From Camelus ferus (Eukaryota), in assembly GCF_009834535.1 (NCBI RefSeq), contig NC_045716.1:19592001-19656000 (forward strand): 64,000 bases of DNA, written 5' to 3'. The notes below the pieces were generated by a model. The model was not told the origin of the DNA and ran no database searches. It saw nothing but the letters and a program-made list of their open reading frames with translations. Shown in pieces: positions 41,182 through 51,761 of this stretch (positions within the stretch are counted from its first letter, which is position 1; every line of letters begins with the position of its first letter). The translations under genes and the position numbers were made by a program.

Positions 41182-42150
41182 ATGGAGAGCCCCAATCAAA
41201 CCACTGCTCAGGAGTTTATCTTCTCTGCTTTTCCTTATTCCTGGGGATATTCTGTCATCTGTTTTGTTCCACTGCTCTTCGTTTATACTTTCATTGTTGT
41301 TGGAAACCTGGTCATCATCACAGTGGTCCAGTTGAATATTCACCTCCACACTCCCATGTACTTTTTCATCAGTGCCCTTTCTTTCCTGGAGATCTGGTAT
41401 ACCACAGCTACCATACCAAAGATGCTCTCTTGCCTGCTTGGTGAGAAGAGTATTTCCTTAAATGGTTGTCTCCTGCAGATGTATGTCTTCCATTCCACAG
41501 GCATCAGTGAGGTATGTCTCTTGACAGCTATGGCCTTTGACTGCTACCTGGCCATCTGCAGCCCTCTTCATTATCCCACTATCATGACCCCCAAGCTATG
41601 TGTCCAACTGACTTTAAGTTGCTGTGTTTGTGGCTTTTTCACGCCCCTCCCTGAGATTGCCTGGATTTCCACACTGCCATTTTGCTGCTCTAATCACCTT
41701 GAGCATATCTTTTGTGACTTCCTCCCAGTGCTCCGCCTGGCCTGCACAGACACACACGCCATCGTCATGATTCAGGTGGTGGACGCTGTCCACGCAGTGA
41801 AGATTATGACAGCTGTGGTGCTCATTTTCATGTCCTACTTTGGTATCGTGGCTGTGATTCTACGCATTCGTTCAGCTGAAGGCTGTCGGAAGGCATTTTC
41901 CACGTGTGTTTCCCACCTCACAGTCTTTCTGCTCTTCTTTGGCAGCTTGGCTCTAATGTACCTACGCTTCTCAGCCACCTACTCCTTATTCTGGGATACA
42001 GCCATCGCTCTGGCCTTTGCAGCTTTGTCCCCCTTCTTCAACCCCATTATCTATAGTCTAAGGAATAAAGAGATAAAGGAAGCTATAAAAAAGCACATGG
42101 GGCAAGCTAGTCTTTTTTTGGTAAGACCAGGGTCCTCACGTAAGATCTAA
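41182..42150 (+). CDS. OR6K2: Olfactory receptor 6K2, 322 aa, open frame with atypical MAFDCY motif
   Basis: MESPNQTTAQEFIFSAFPYSW...AIKKHMGQA matches recalled human OR6K2. It is the OR closest to the SPTA1 5' end, as in human. Confidence 0.92.
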   Translation: MESPNQTTAQEFIFSAFPYSWGYSVICFVPLLFVYTFIVVGNLVIITVVQLNIHLHTPMYFFISALSFLEIWYTTATIPKMLSCLLGEKSISLNGCLLQMYVFHSTGISEVCLLTAMAFDCYLAICSPLHYPTIMTPKLCVQLTLSCCVCGFFTPLPEIAWISTLPFCCSNHLEHIFCDFLPVLRLACTDTHAIVMIQVVDAVHAVKIMTAVVLIFMSYFGIVAVILRIRSAEGCRKAFSTCVSHLTVFLLFFGSLALMYLRFSATYSLFWDTAIALAFAALSPFFNPIIYSLRNKEIKEAIKKHMGQASLFLVRPGSSRKI

Positions 42151-45100
42151 TAGTTGGAAGTCTATATAGATGTTGGTGCCTTTTCATCCTCAACTTTACT
42201 CTATGCAAACTGTCTTTCCCCATCAGCCTTTTAGCCTGCTAAAGGTCATCAATAAAAAAAAAATACACCAATAACCAAATTCAATAGTTTCTTTCAGTCT
42301 TTATCCAATTTGATATACTTTTGGATCTGACTTTGTTGGTTAAGTTTTCCACTCAATTTATTCAAGATAAACTTAATTTGTGGAAATAATCTGGGTAAAC
42401 ACTTACTTCGACTTTAACACAGTCAAAACATCTGTTTGTAAGATACGGTAATTGAAAAATCATCTTCGTAAGACTGACTTCTCTCCATGGTACTTCCCAT
42501 GGATATGGCTGGGGGTTAACTATGATTTCTAATTGAGTACTCATGTATTGATAAACAGAAATCTAGTCATAGTTCAGCATGTTCTATTATGAATCCCTTG
42601 TACAGTTCATATCTTGGCAATACTGCAGAATATTAATTTCTTGACTGGATGGGGCTAAGGCCTGCATCCAACTGTAATGAGTCTGTACGTGTCAAGTTAG
42701 TGGAGGCTGTTGTGCTGAACACCAAATCAACTTTATTAATACCAGTGATCACTAGAACCTAGGAGAATGGATAGGCCTGTGTAAAATCGACAGAGATGAA
42801 AAGCTCATAAAGGAGTTGGTTGCAGCTGCATGGTCGTTAAAAACCATGGCAAAGAATCTCAGGTCAAGGAAGTCATTGAAGAATATTTTGAATGCAATGA
42901 ATGAACAAACAAAAACCTTGACTCTAAAAAAAGTGAAGAAAATGTCTGACTTGAAGTGATTGAAATATACGTGGTTGGCATTATTCACGTAAGTTAATGA
43001 TAACAATTCTTTTGTGTGTGTATTTAAATACAAATTGCTTTTTAATCAATTGCCTAAGTTAAGTCATATAACAATTCCCTGGAATAGGTAGATTAGTCAT
43101 TATTATCCCCATTATATACTGAATAAAATTTAAGCAAATTTCCAGTGCTCATCTCATTATTAAATGGTAACATCAAGCCTTCAGTTTAGATGATTTAGTT
43201 TCAAATCCAGTAAAGTTTCCATTATCCCAAGCTCTTTTCCAATTTTCATTACATAGTTAACTGTATAAAGAAAATCACATGGGTTTCATCTTTTCTTTAT
43301 TTAGTGCAGTAATAATAAATAAATAAAACAAAAATAGTAAAATAAATAAGGAAGAGTGAGAGAACATAATGGTAAGGGAAAAAATTTATTTTTTATTATT
43401 TTCCTAATAGCGTTAAGGGACAAATAACTTTAGAGGATCTGAAGTGATAAGAGTTAAAGTGGATACAGTTCACTGCCAAAAAGTCTTTCTATTTTTTTTA
43501 AATGATAATACTTAGTATTTTAACTCATTTAGGAGAAATAAATTGGGGATGTTTTAAAATGAGAACTAATTCTGGAGAAACAAAAATAAAAATGTAAAAA
43601 TAATAAAATAATGTTGACCTCTATGCTATGGGTAAAATTAATTTTACATTAAAGGTAGCATATTTTTCCTTGTTGGTAAATGAGCCGAGAGAGTTGAACT
43701 CCAAAAAAATTCACAGTAAGAATATGAATTTGAGTGTTGCAAATTGGGAAGACTTTAGAATTTTTGAATATAAAGCATCTCTTGGAGCTTCTGAGTCCAG
43801 GAAGAGAAGATCTGATAACTGAGAAGAGACTCAGGCAAGCTGGGCAGGGCTGATTAAACTAGTGTGTGAAGAACAGATCTGCCCAGAGCTGATAAACACG
43901 ATCAGACACAGCAGCTCTCCAAAGTACTCCCGCCCTTGTCAAACTGAGTATGAGTTTCTCTTTAATGAAGCTGTCTGTGATGAACTCAAGCTTTCCCAGC
44001 AGCTTTGCCCTGTAACCTCTCAGCACTCATTTACATACAGGGCTACATGGAGTTTAAAGGCTGCACATGGTTCTAAACCTCCGTGGTCTCTGTCACACAT
44101 TCTTAACCTGAGTCACCTGTAATCAGGGCCTCTTTGCCATCAGAATCAATAAGCATTCTTGGTAAACTATGATAGTGGCAAGAAGGTCAGAGGTCCAAGT
44201 GTTAAACTACGAGGGTTTCAGGGTTTCTCATCATGCCCTTCCATCAATCCCAAGGAGGCACCCTGATACGTGTGTGAATAATAGCTAACATGCTCAGAGA
44301 CTGGAGAGACTCAATCTAAAGGGAGTGAGAGATAGGGTGGGACTGAACTTAAAGTCATCAGTGACCAGAGTAACAGCCAAGGTGCTGTCATGGAAACTGC
44401 TACCATGAATCTCTCCCGGCTGCGATGACTGAAAACCCAATGGACACTTCTTCTGTTTTGATGAATACATCCTCTTCCCCGACTGTCTCCTGTGCGCTTC
44501 AGATCGCTACCTGCTCTAAAGACTGTTGCTCTTGCTCACTGTTATTTCATGATGAACAGTCCTGCTAATGGGGCCCAATTGTTTCTTTGAGTACAAGGTT
44601 ATCACATGGTTGGCAGGTTGGCACTCTTGGTGAGGAGATCCTGGAAAAGGACAACCAGAAATATTGATGAACTAAGAGAAGACTGACTTAAATAGATGAG
44701 GAGCAGAGTGCCATGATGGTCATACATGTATGATTTTTACCCTTTTTAAAAATACTTACAAACCAAACATCCATGGGATGAGACCAGCTTTGTTTTCTCA
44801 AACAAAAATGAGGATGATAATGCCTGCTACACAGAATCTTTCAAAGATTAGAAATTGATGTAAATTAATCATGTCAATATCTAAATTAAGATATGGTAGG
44901 TTCTAATTAAGGCTGGATTTCATCTCTTGGATAAAGATTTTTAAAATATTCCCTCCCGACTCAACTCCTGTCAGAGGTTCCTTGGTGAATGTGATATAAT
45001 GCCTTCTCTAAGATGTGTGTTTTCGTGCCTTTAGCAACCAAATTTGAATATAATGAAACTATATGAAAAACTATATTATACTTTCAAGAAAGTAATTTAA

Positions 45101-45864
45101 AGCTCTTTCCGTTTCTTTGGGTGAGATGATCCTGGAAGAAGAGAAACTGGAAATGTAAAACCTTCATCTACTCCGGTAGACCACGAAAGCTAGATGGTTC
45201 AAGTTGTATTTATACTGAATGAAGTTTGGCGTGGATAGACCCACCGCTTTGTGGGAGGGTCTGAAAAACGTCCCACTATTTTCTTTTGGTTTGTTTCTTT
45301 CATTTTTTGTAAATTTGTCTAAAAGAACTATATGTTTAGAGAAGAACTTCTGCTTATTTTCTCTCCATAAAATAGGATGACTTTTATCCCACAACTTAGA
45401 ATTCTGTCCCATTTTCATATGTTTTGTGGCTTCATTAGTTTATCCAATGAGGTAGCATATTTTTTTGTTTCATGAAATACAAGTAAACACACATATATCA
45501 ATTGCTTTGTTCTTTCCATTTTAAATGATTAAGTGTAAGTCAGATTTTAAAAACCCAATCTGTGAGGCCAGGAATAAAATTTCTTTCCTCCTCTGACAAA
45601 GGCTTTACAGCAAGAATTAGAATATCTCATTGACTTAAAGGCTGTTAAAAATCTGTAGCTTGGATTTTGATGAAGTTGTTGAATTGTTTTTCCTAGAGAT
45701 ACATTGGAACAAGAACCTATGGATGCCCTGAGTTGTAATTCTTCTTGTAATTCTAGATAGAGAACAAAGAATGGGCAACTCAGAATTCCTTCCTAATTTA
45801 CAATTCTCAGACATAAAATCTAAAGCTAATCAAAGAAACAAAGCAAAGTTTTAACACAGCCTCT

Positions 45865-46044
45865 TTATCTTATATCTATAACCGTGTTTTTCCTTTCTAA
45901 GTTTTCATCTAAAAACCTTGCTTTTATTTTTTATGAAGTCATATTGAGAAAATTTGAGAGCCATTGTTTCCCTAAATCGCTGAGTCACCCACCATCTGTG
46001 AAAAGTTAGCAGCTGCCTCAGCTGGTTCTGTCTTCTGAAGATAA
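45865..46044 (+). promoter_or_regulatory. SPTA1: Erythroid promoter of SPTA1 (NF-E2/MARE site, CACCC box, E-boxes, GATA sites)
   Basis: cGCTGAGTCAc at 45978-45988 overlaps CACCC. CAGCTG at 46010-15 and 46019-24, AGATAA at 46039-44, TTATCT at 45865-70. The human alpha-spectrin promoter is known to depend on GATA1 and NF-E2. Confidence 0.75.
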
Positions 46045-46045
46045 C
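46000..46045 (+). other. SPTA1: SPTA1 non-coding exon 1' (start approximate)
   Basis: Perfect donor AAC|GTAAGT at 46045/46046 downstream of the NF-E2 site. Intron 46046-46210 contains opposed GATA sites (ctatct 46144-49, ggataa 46160-65) and ends in tttcaccag. This matches the exon 1'/intron 1' layout described for human SPTA1. Confidence 0.6.
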
Positions 46046-46210
46046 GTAAGTTGTAGCTGGCGGGATTCTGGCCCAAGTAAGATGCTATTTTTTTTTTTTT
46101 TTTTTTTTTTGTCTTTGCCACAAATGTAACCCTTCTTTCATCTCTATCTGAATTAGACTGGATAATTCCATGTGAGTTGTCTCTCTTTCGGATACATTTT
46201 GTTTCACCAG

Positions 46211-46254
46211 ATTCCTCACTTCTGGGAAACGTGGAACCATTTCCAAAGGAAGCT
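46211..46254 (+). other. SPTA1: SPTA1 exon 1; ancestral coding part 46231-46254 begins with GTG rather than ATG
   Basis: GTG GAA CCA TTT CCA AAG GAA GCT|gtgagt = VEPFPKEA versus human MEQFPKET. Phase-0 donor and CAG acceptor at 46208-46210. Confidence 0.85.
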
Positions 46255-47469
46255 GTGAGTACAGAATTCTTTACAGTACAGTTGATCACCAATATAATTA
46301 GGCAGGCTGTCTCCTCTGAACTTTCTGTACTATCTTTGACCGAATCAGCAAGAACTGTTCTTGGTTTTTAAGAAGGAGAGATGTTTAATTTTAACTGTCT
46401 TTTTTATCAATGTCTCACTTTAATCGGCAGCCTTGAGGTTGTGGCTGTGCGGCACCAAAATCCAGCAAACACTGACTTATTTGGGTTCGCCTGGAGACCA
46501 GTTGGGTAACGTGGAGCAAAATAACACACACTGAAGATTTAATTCTGTAGCCACAGAATGATTTAATTCTATAGCTGAACCAGTACAGACCATCCACAGA
46601 GTAGCAATTATATACAGGAGAAGAAGACTAAAATTTGAACTGTATATTAAATGTTTTGGATGAGATAAGGTAGGAAAAACTGCGCTTATATCCAGATGAG
46701 TGAAGGTGGACCCAGTGGAAATTTTGCTGGATGTTGTCACAAATAGGTTGGATTCCACTGTATGAAAATAATATTTTGTGTTGTTAGAGAGTATAATGTT
46801 TTACATTGCAAAAGCCGATTACTGAGATGCTAATAATTCGATATTTGTGATAATTGGGTAGCAGATGTGCTGAACTTTTGATTTGTAATGTTTATGAATA
46901 AAGCAAATAAAAGAGTAAACAATATGTTATATTTTTAAGTTAGAAGGAAATCTTTTCAAACTTCTCGGTGTATCATTCATCTAATTAATTGAAAGTGATT
47001 TTTATTTATTCATTAAGTGAAATTCGCCATGCTCGGCACATGTTAATGCCTTTTGGGCCTTTGAAAGCAACACAATTATACATCTTCTTTATCTGTCTGA
47101 AACTCTGTGATTTTATAAATTTCAACTTGTTTTCCATTATTAGTCCAAATTAATTCTGTTTACGGAAATTAATACATGTTGGCACAAATTTATGTGAAAA
47201 GTTGGAAATGTATTTTGAATGACCAAGAATTATTAGCCTAAGCTGTAGCTGCATACGGTTAAATTTTTAGCATATGTGCTGCCGAAGTGAGCACTGTATA
47301 TGGTTAAAATTATATAAATATATTATAGCCTTTCTAACAACAGGCTTTTATAAGCTTAAAGATATGTGAACATAAGTCCAACATGAGTAAGTGCCTTGGG
47401 ACGTGTAAAAGGACAGTGTGCTAGAGATTTGAGAACCTGCATAGATAGAAGCCTTTTAACTTGCAGGCT

Positions 47470-47706
47470 ATGGACAGTGATTGGCCAAAGGTGCTGGAAA
47501 CAGCAGAAGAGATCCAAGAGAGGCGTCAGGAGGTGTTGACTCGGTACCAGAGGTTCAAGGAACAGGTTGCTGAGAGGTCTCAGAAGCTTAAAGACCAGTT
47601 TTACTACAACGTTTTCAGACGGGATGCAGATGACCTGGAGAAATGGATCTTGGAGAAACTCAAGATTGTAGGCGATAAAAGCTATGAAGATTCAGCTAAC
47701 AAACAG
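47470..47706 (+). CDS. SPTA1: Spectrin alpha chain, erythrocytic 1, exon 2 (exon starts 47467; first ATG at 47470)
   Basis: [26 protein letters not shown]...[11 protein letters not shown] covers the alpha0 helix and the start of repeat 1. 240-nt exon, cag acceptor, GT donor. Confidence 0.95.
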
Positions 47707-48780
47707 GTCACTCAACTCCACTGACTTCCCCAGAGTAGACTCTAAGATCTCTAGGGAGGGAAACATTCTAATAATGTAAGTGTACATCTGATTAACCATA
47801 GAAGGATGATGTAACAGAAAGATCAGAATTTAGGGACTGTAATTCTGTCTCTAAATTGCCCATGGCTTCATCTCCCTAAGCCTCAGTATCTTATTTACAA
47901 AGGAAACTCACTCTAGATAACATTCTATAAATGTAACATTGATTTGAAGTCAAGCTATGGGCAAAACTCTGAGAATTCAATGAATTTATGATACACTATG
48001 TGATTTCGATATTCTGTGACATTAAGGATGAAACTGGGGTGAAGAGACATTAACACTTCTGAAATAACTGGTCTTTACTTTCCTCAGAAAGATTTGAGTT
48101 AACCAGCATTTTTCCCAAATGGGTATTCAGGCCTCTTCTTAAGTTCAAATGAGAGGTCTCAGGCAGACAGGGCTGCTGGGAACTCCCACTTCTGCTTGCG
48201 GAAATTATAGTCGTGATCAGAAGAGAGGGTGGCAAGCCCAAAAGGTGCAGTCGATATTGGAGGAGAAGCGCCTGGAGCAAGAACAAAGCATTATTACATG
48301 GATCAGTTTATATAAGACAACAAGAGCATAATCTGGCATAAGAAAACCTCTCAATTAAAAAAAAAAGCCATTATTGTAGTGATCAGCTTCCTTATTGTGC
48401 TCTACTTTCAATAGCACTTGGCTTCTTTCTTCTGAAGAGGAAAAACTCTGTGTTACATGATTTCATTCCCACAGAAGGCAATTTAGACTTTAAAATAATA
48501 TTTACTGGAAATTCCAAAGGCAATGGAAACTGGGAAAAATTTCCTCTTTGGCCCCTGACTTTGAACATGGGACCCTTTGAAAACCTATGTGTGGTAGTCT
48601 GCCAAGACCACTTCTTTTAGGATATGACTTCTCCAGCTATAGTCATAAATTATCACTATCCCCATCTAAGTCGGGAAATAAGTAGTTTTGCCTGAAAGAA
48701 AGAAGAGGAACAAAAGGACCTTCTTATGGTCCAGGGAGACTAGGCTTCGTTAGCCATAAACTCTGATTTCTAAACTTCAG

Positions 48781-48906
48781 GAGGAATATGAGAAGCATAA
48801 ATCCTTCAAAGCAGATGTGCAAGCAAAATCAGAGGTCCTTCCTGAGCTGGGAAATATCTGGAAAGTCCACATTGCTGAGGGGCATTTTGCCCATGAGGAC
48901 ACCAAG
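48781..48906 (+). CDS. SPTA1: SPTA1 exon 3
   Basis: 126 nt, AG/GT bounded; EEYEKHKSFKADVQAKSEVLPELGNIWKVHIAEGHFAHEDTK. Confidence 0.9.
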
Positions 48907-49519
48907 GTAAAAGTATGGTGGGGCTCTGTCAGAGATGGTTCTAAATTGTTGATTATGTTATCAAAGTTTTAATTGGTTATACCAGGTGCAAACCTTGACG
49001 TAACTGGCTTGGAACCATGGTTCTGCCTCTTATCTTCTACTTGGGTTGGGGCAGGAAAAAAGGATGGGATGTTCTAGTGTTCCTTGGAGTAGGGAGAAGG
49101 GCTAGATGATACAAAACTGTCATTAGATAGCACATTCCTCCTTATGTCACTGCAGGATAACTTGGCTCAAGATCAAGCCCACTTCAGCCTAGTTCCACAT
49201 TTCCCATATGAATTGGGTTTCCCAAATGTCCTTTCTAATGAATTCTTCTAACCTCAGGGTCCTTGTTGCTTAAACTCTCTAAACAAAGGATGCTCTTTCT
49301 TTGAATCTTCTCTGAAATCTTTCTCCCTTTGTCTATGAAGCATCTCTCTCTCTTCATAGCCTACATGCTATGACTATTACTGTAGTTCTCCAAACCCTCT
49401 CTTCTGTTCATTTTAGGGGAAAAAAAAAATCTCCCAAAATCCGCTTGTCTTCCCTGAGCCTTGAAGACTGAAGATCACTACCACTATGGAACCATTATTA
49501 ATGTATCAGCTTTTTCTAA

Positions 49520-49662
49520 CTTTTATTTTTTTTATTTTTTTGGTGGGGATAGGTAATTAAGGTTATTTATTTATTTCTAGAGGAGGTACCGGGGATTGAA
49601 CCCAAGACCTTGTGCATGCTAAGCATGCACTCTACTGCTTAAGCTATACCACCCCCTCCCCG
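49520..49662 (-). mobile_element. tRNA-derived SINE, camelid Vic-1 type, in SPTA1 intron 3
   Basis: Same family sequence. Perfect 12-bp target-site duplication AGCTTTTTCTAA at 49508-49519 and 49663-49674. Confidence 0.9.
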
Positions 49663-50703
49663 AGCTTTTTCTAAATTAATTCATATACTCTCCCAACATG
49701 TTTGTGTTGATACAGTCAATTCACATTCCTTTCTGTACAAGCAATTTTTTTTTTTTACTGTTTAAGTATTTTTAAAACTGTCAAGACAAATTTGTGTTAC
49801 ATATTTAAAAATTGGGACTTTCTTTTCATATTTAGTATGCAAATGCTAGCTTGTTTTACTGTCAACAAAACATGGTCAGGGGATACAGAATTTAACCAGA
49901 ATAAACCTTATTAGAAAAAAGACTCTGTAAAAAGAAAATCTCAAAAAACTTATTTATTGTTATAAAATAGAAGTCATACTTGTGTTATTTACAGCTTTGT
50001 GTGCCATCAATCCCTCTACAGTAATTAAAATATTTGAGAAAAGTTCGAAACATCTTTACATCTCTCAGCATCACTGGGGCTATGTCAGACGGTACCACGA
50101 CAGGATTTAGAGAGAAATGTGGTCTGCATCCTCCATGCTACCTTGAGACATGAAGCAGTTGAAAAATACAAGATTCTTGAAGACATAATACAGATGCTAC
50201 CCAATTCTACAATATATATAAAACCTGCTCTTCTAAGTTAACCCTCAACTATATAGTCTCAAAATTCTCTTATTGCTTTGATGCCACTAATTTTCTTTAC
50301 AAGTCAGAAAAATTGCATCTCATCCTTTCTAACAGTCCTCGCTAAGTTTTTGCCAGTGCTTTGAACACCCTCTGCCCATCATCTACCTGTCAGTATTCTG
50401 TCCCTCAGGGCCCAATTCAAATGAGCAGTCTTTCAAGAATCCTTATTCCATATTGTCTTATTATCTGTAATCATTTCATCCTGTAAAATCTGAAAGCATT
50501 ATTAATTTTTTTTTCTCTGGCTTGGTTTAATAGCTGTTCCCATACATACCCTATTTTCTCCTTTCCATATTTGTTGAACAATTAATGCATGAGTGATTGG
50601 GAGGAGGAAATATTACCCAGGTCCATCTCTGCGCAGTTCTCTGGGTCTTCACCTGCTCCACGGCAGGCGTTGTGCCTGAGTGGCTTTGCCTCTCCTCCCA
50701 AAG

Positions 50704-50844
50704 GGCCGTCTGGAAGAGCTGTACGTCCTGTGGGACGAGCTGCTAAGGCTGACCTGGGAGAAGAGCGCTCAGCTGCAGCAAGCCCTGAAGCTTCAGCAGT
50801 ACTCACAGGACTGCGCTGACCTCTTGGAGTGGATCAGAGACAAG
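50704..50844 (+). CDS. SPTA1: SPTA1 exon 4
   Basis: 141 nt, AG/GT bounded; [47 protein letters not shown]. Confidence 0.92.
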
Positions 50845-51617
50845 GTATAGGACAAAACTGTATGCGTATTGGACTTTGCGTCCCTCTGCCCTGGACATCC
50901 CATAGCAGTTTAATGCAGGCCATCCATAAAGAAGTCTGGGTATCTGTTCCTGGGCTTGGTTCCTTGGAAGAAAGAGGAACGTTGGCAAAGATTTAGGGGT
51001 ATTCTGGAGGGTGCTGGGGGATAAGTCTAAATGTATGAATCTCAATATGAAGAAGGTGAGACTTACACAAAAAGTGTGCATTGGAAGATGATCTAGGCTG
51101 GTTCCCCTTCTGCCTTCCATGAGCCTTCACTCTTCCCAGATTTTTGCTCTTACTCTGGGTTCAGGCTGAGAGCACTGCCAGCTCCTTCCCTAATCCAACA
51201 ACTGTGGAGAATTCTATTTTTCTAAATACTTAAAGAATAATCATATGGTTAGGACTGAAAATTTACACAAGCAAGTGCTTAGCACAATGCTTTCGTAAAC
51301 ACTCAGTATGTTGAAATGAGTAGAACCAAGATGGATTTATTTTCTATGCTCCAAAACACAAAAAGATGCCTGCAGAAGCTTTTGCTAACAATGTGTCTGG
51401 TCTCTCTGAAGAATTACCCCGAAGACCATTGTCTCTTGGGCCAGGGTGCTACATCAGGAAATTCAGTCCTGCTTCTGAACCCCTGAAGGGGTTCGCCCAG
51501 GTTCCACCAGTATCTCCTCCTGAGTTATCCTGGGAATGTGAAAAGGTTTGGGGGCATTTGACCTGCGGGGGTTCCTAAACATTTGCTGGTGACTTACTAG
51601 ATTTTCTGTGCCTACAG

Positions 51618-51761
51618 ATTGCTATAGTGACATCAGAGAAGCCAGATAAGGAATGGGAGCACACAGAGGTTCTGCATAAGTTTGAAGAGTTCCAGGTGGA
51701 TCTGGAAGCTAGAAAGAAGAGAGTGGATGGAGTGAACCAGTATGCCAATGAGTGTGCCAAG
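51618..51761 (+). CDS. SPTA1: SPTA1 exon 5 (one codon shorter than human)
   Basis: 144 nt, AG/GT bounded; IAIVTSEKPDKEWEHTEVLHKFEEFQVDLEARKKRVDGVNQYANECAK. Confidence 0.92.

Noticed and set aside
46536-46575. Short direct repeat gatttaattctRtagc, two copies in SPTA1 intron 1
   Set aside because: Two 16-nt copies fit an ordinary local duplication; not CRISPR-like and no functional clue.
50764-50766. G151S as an elliptocytosis-site change, and likewise H469Q in exon 11
   Set aside because: Recalled mouse alpha-spectrin has the same residues, so they are tolerated in round-celled mammals.
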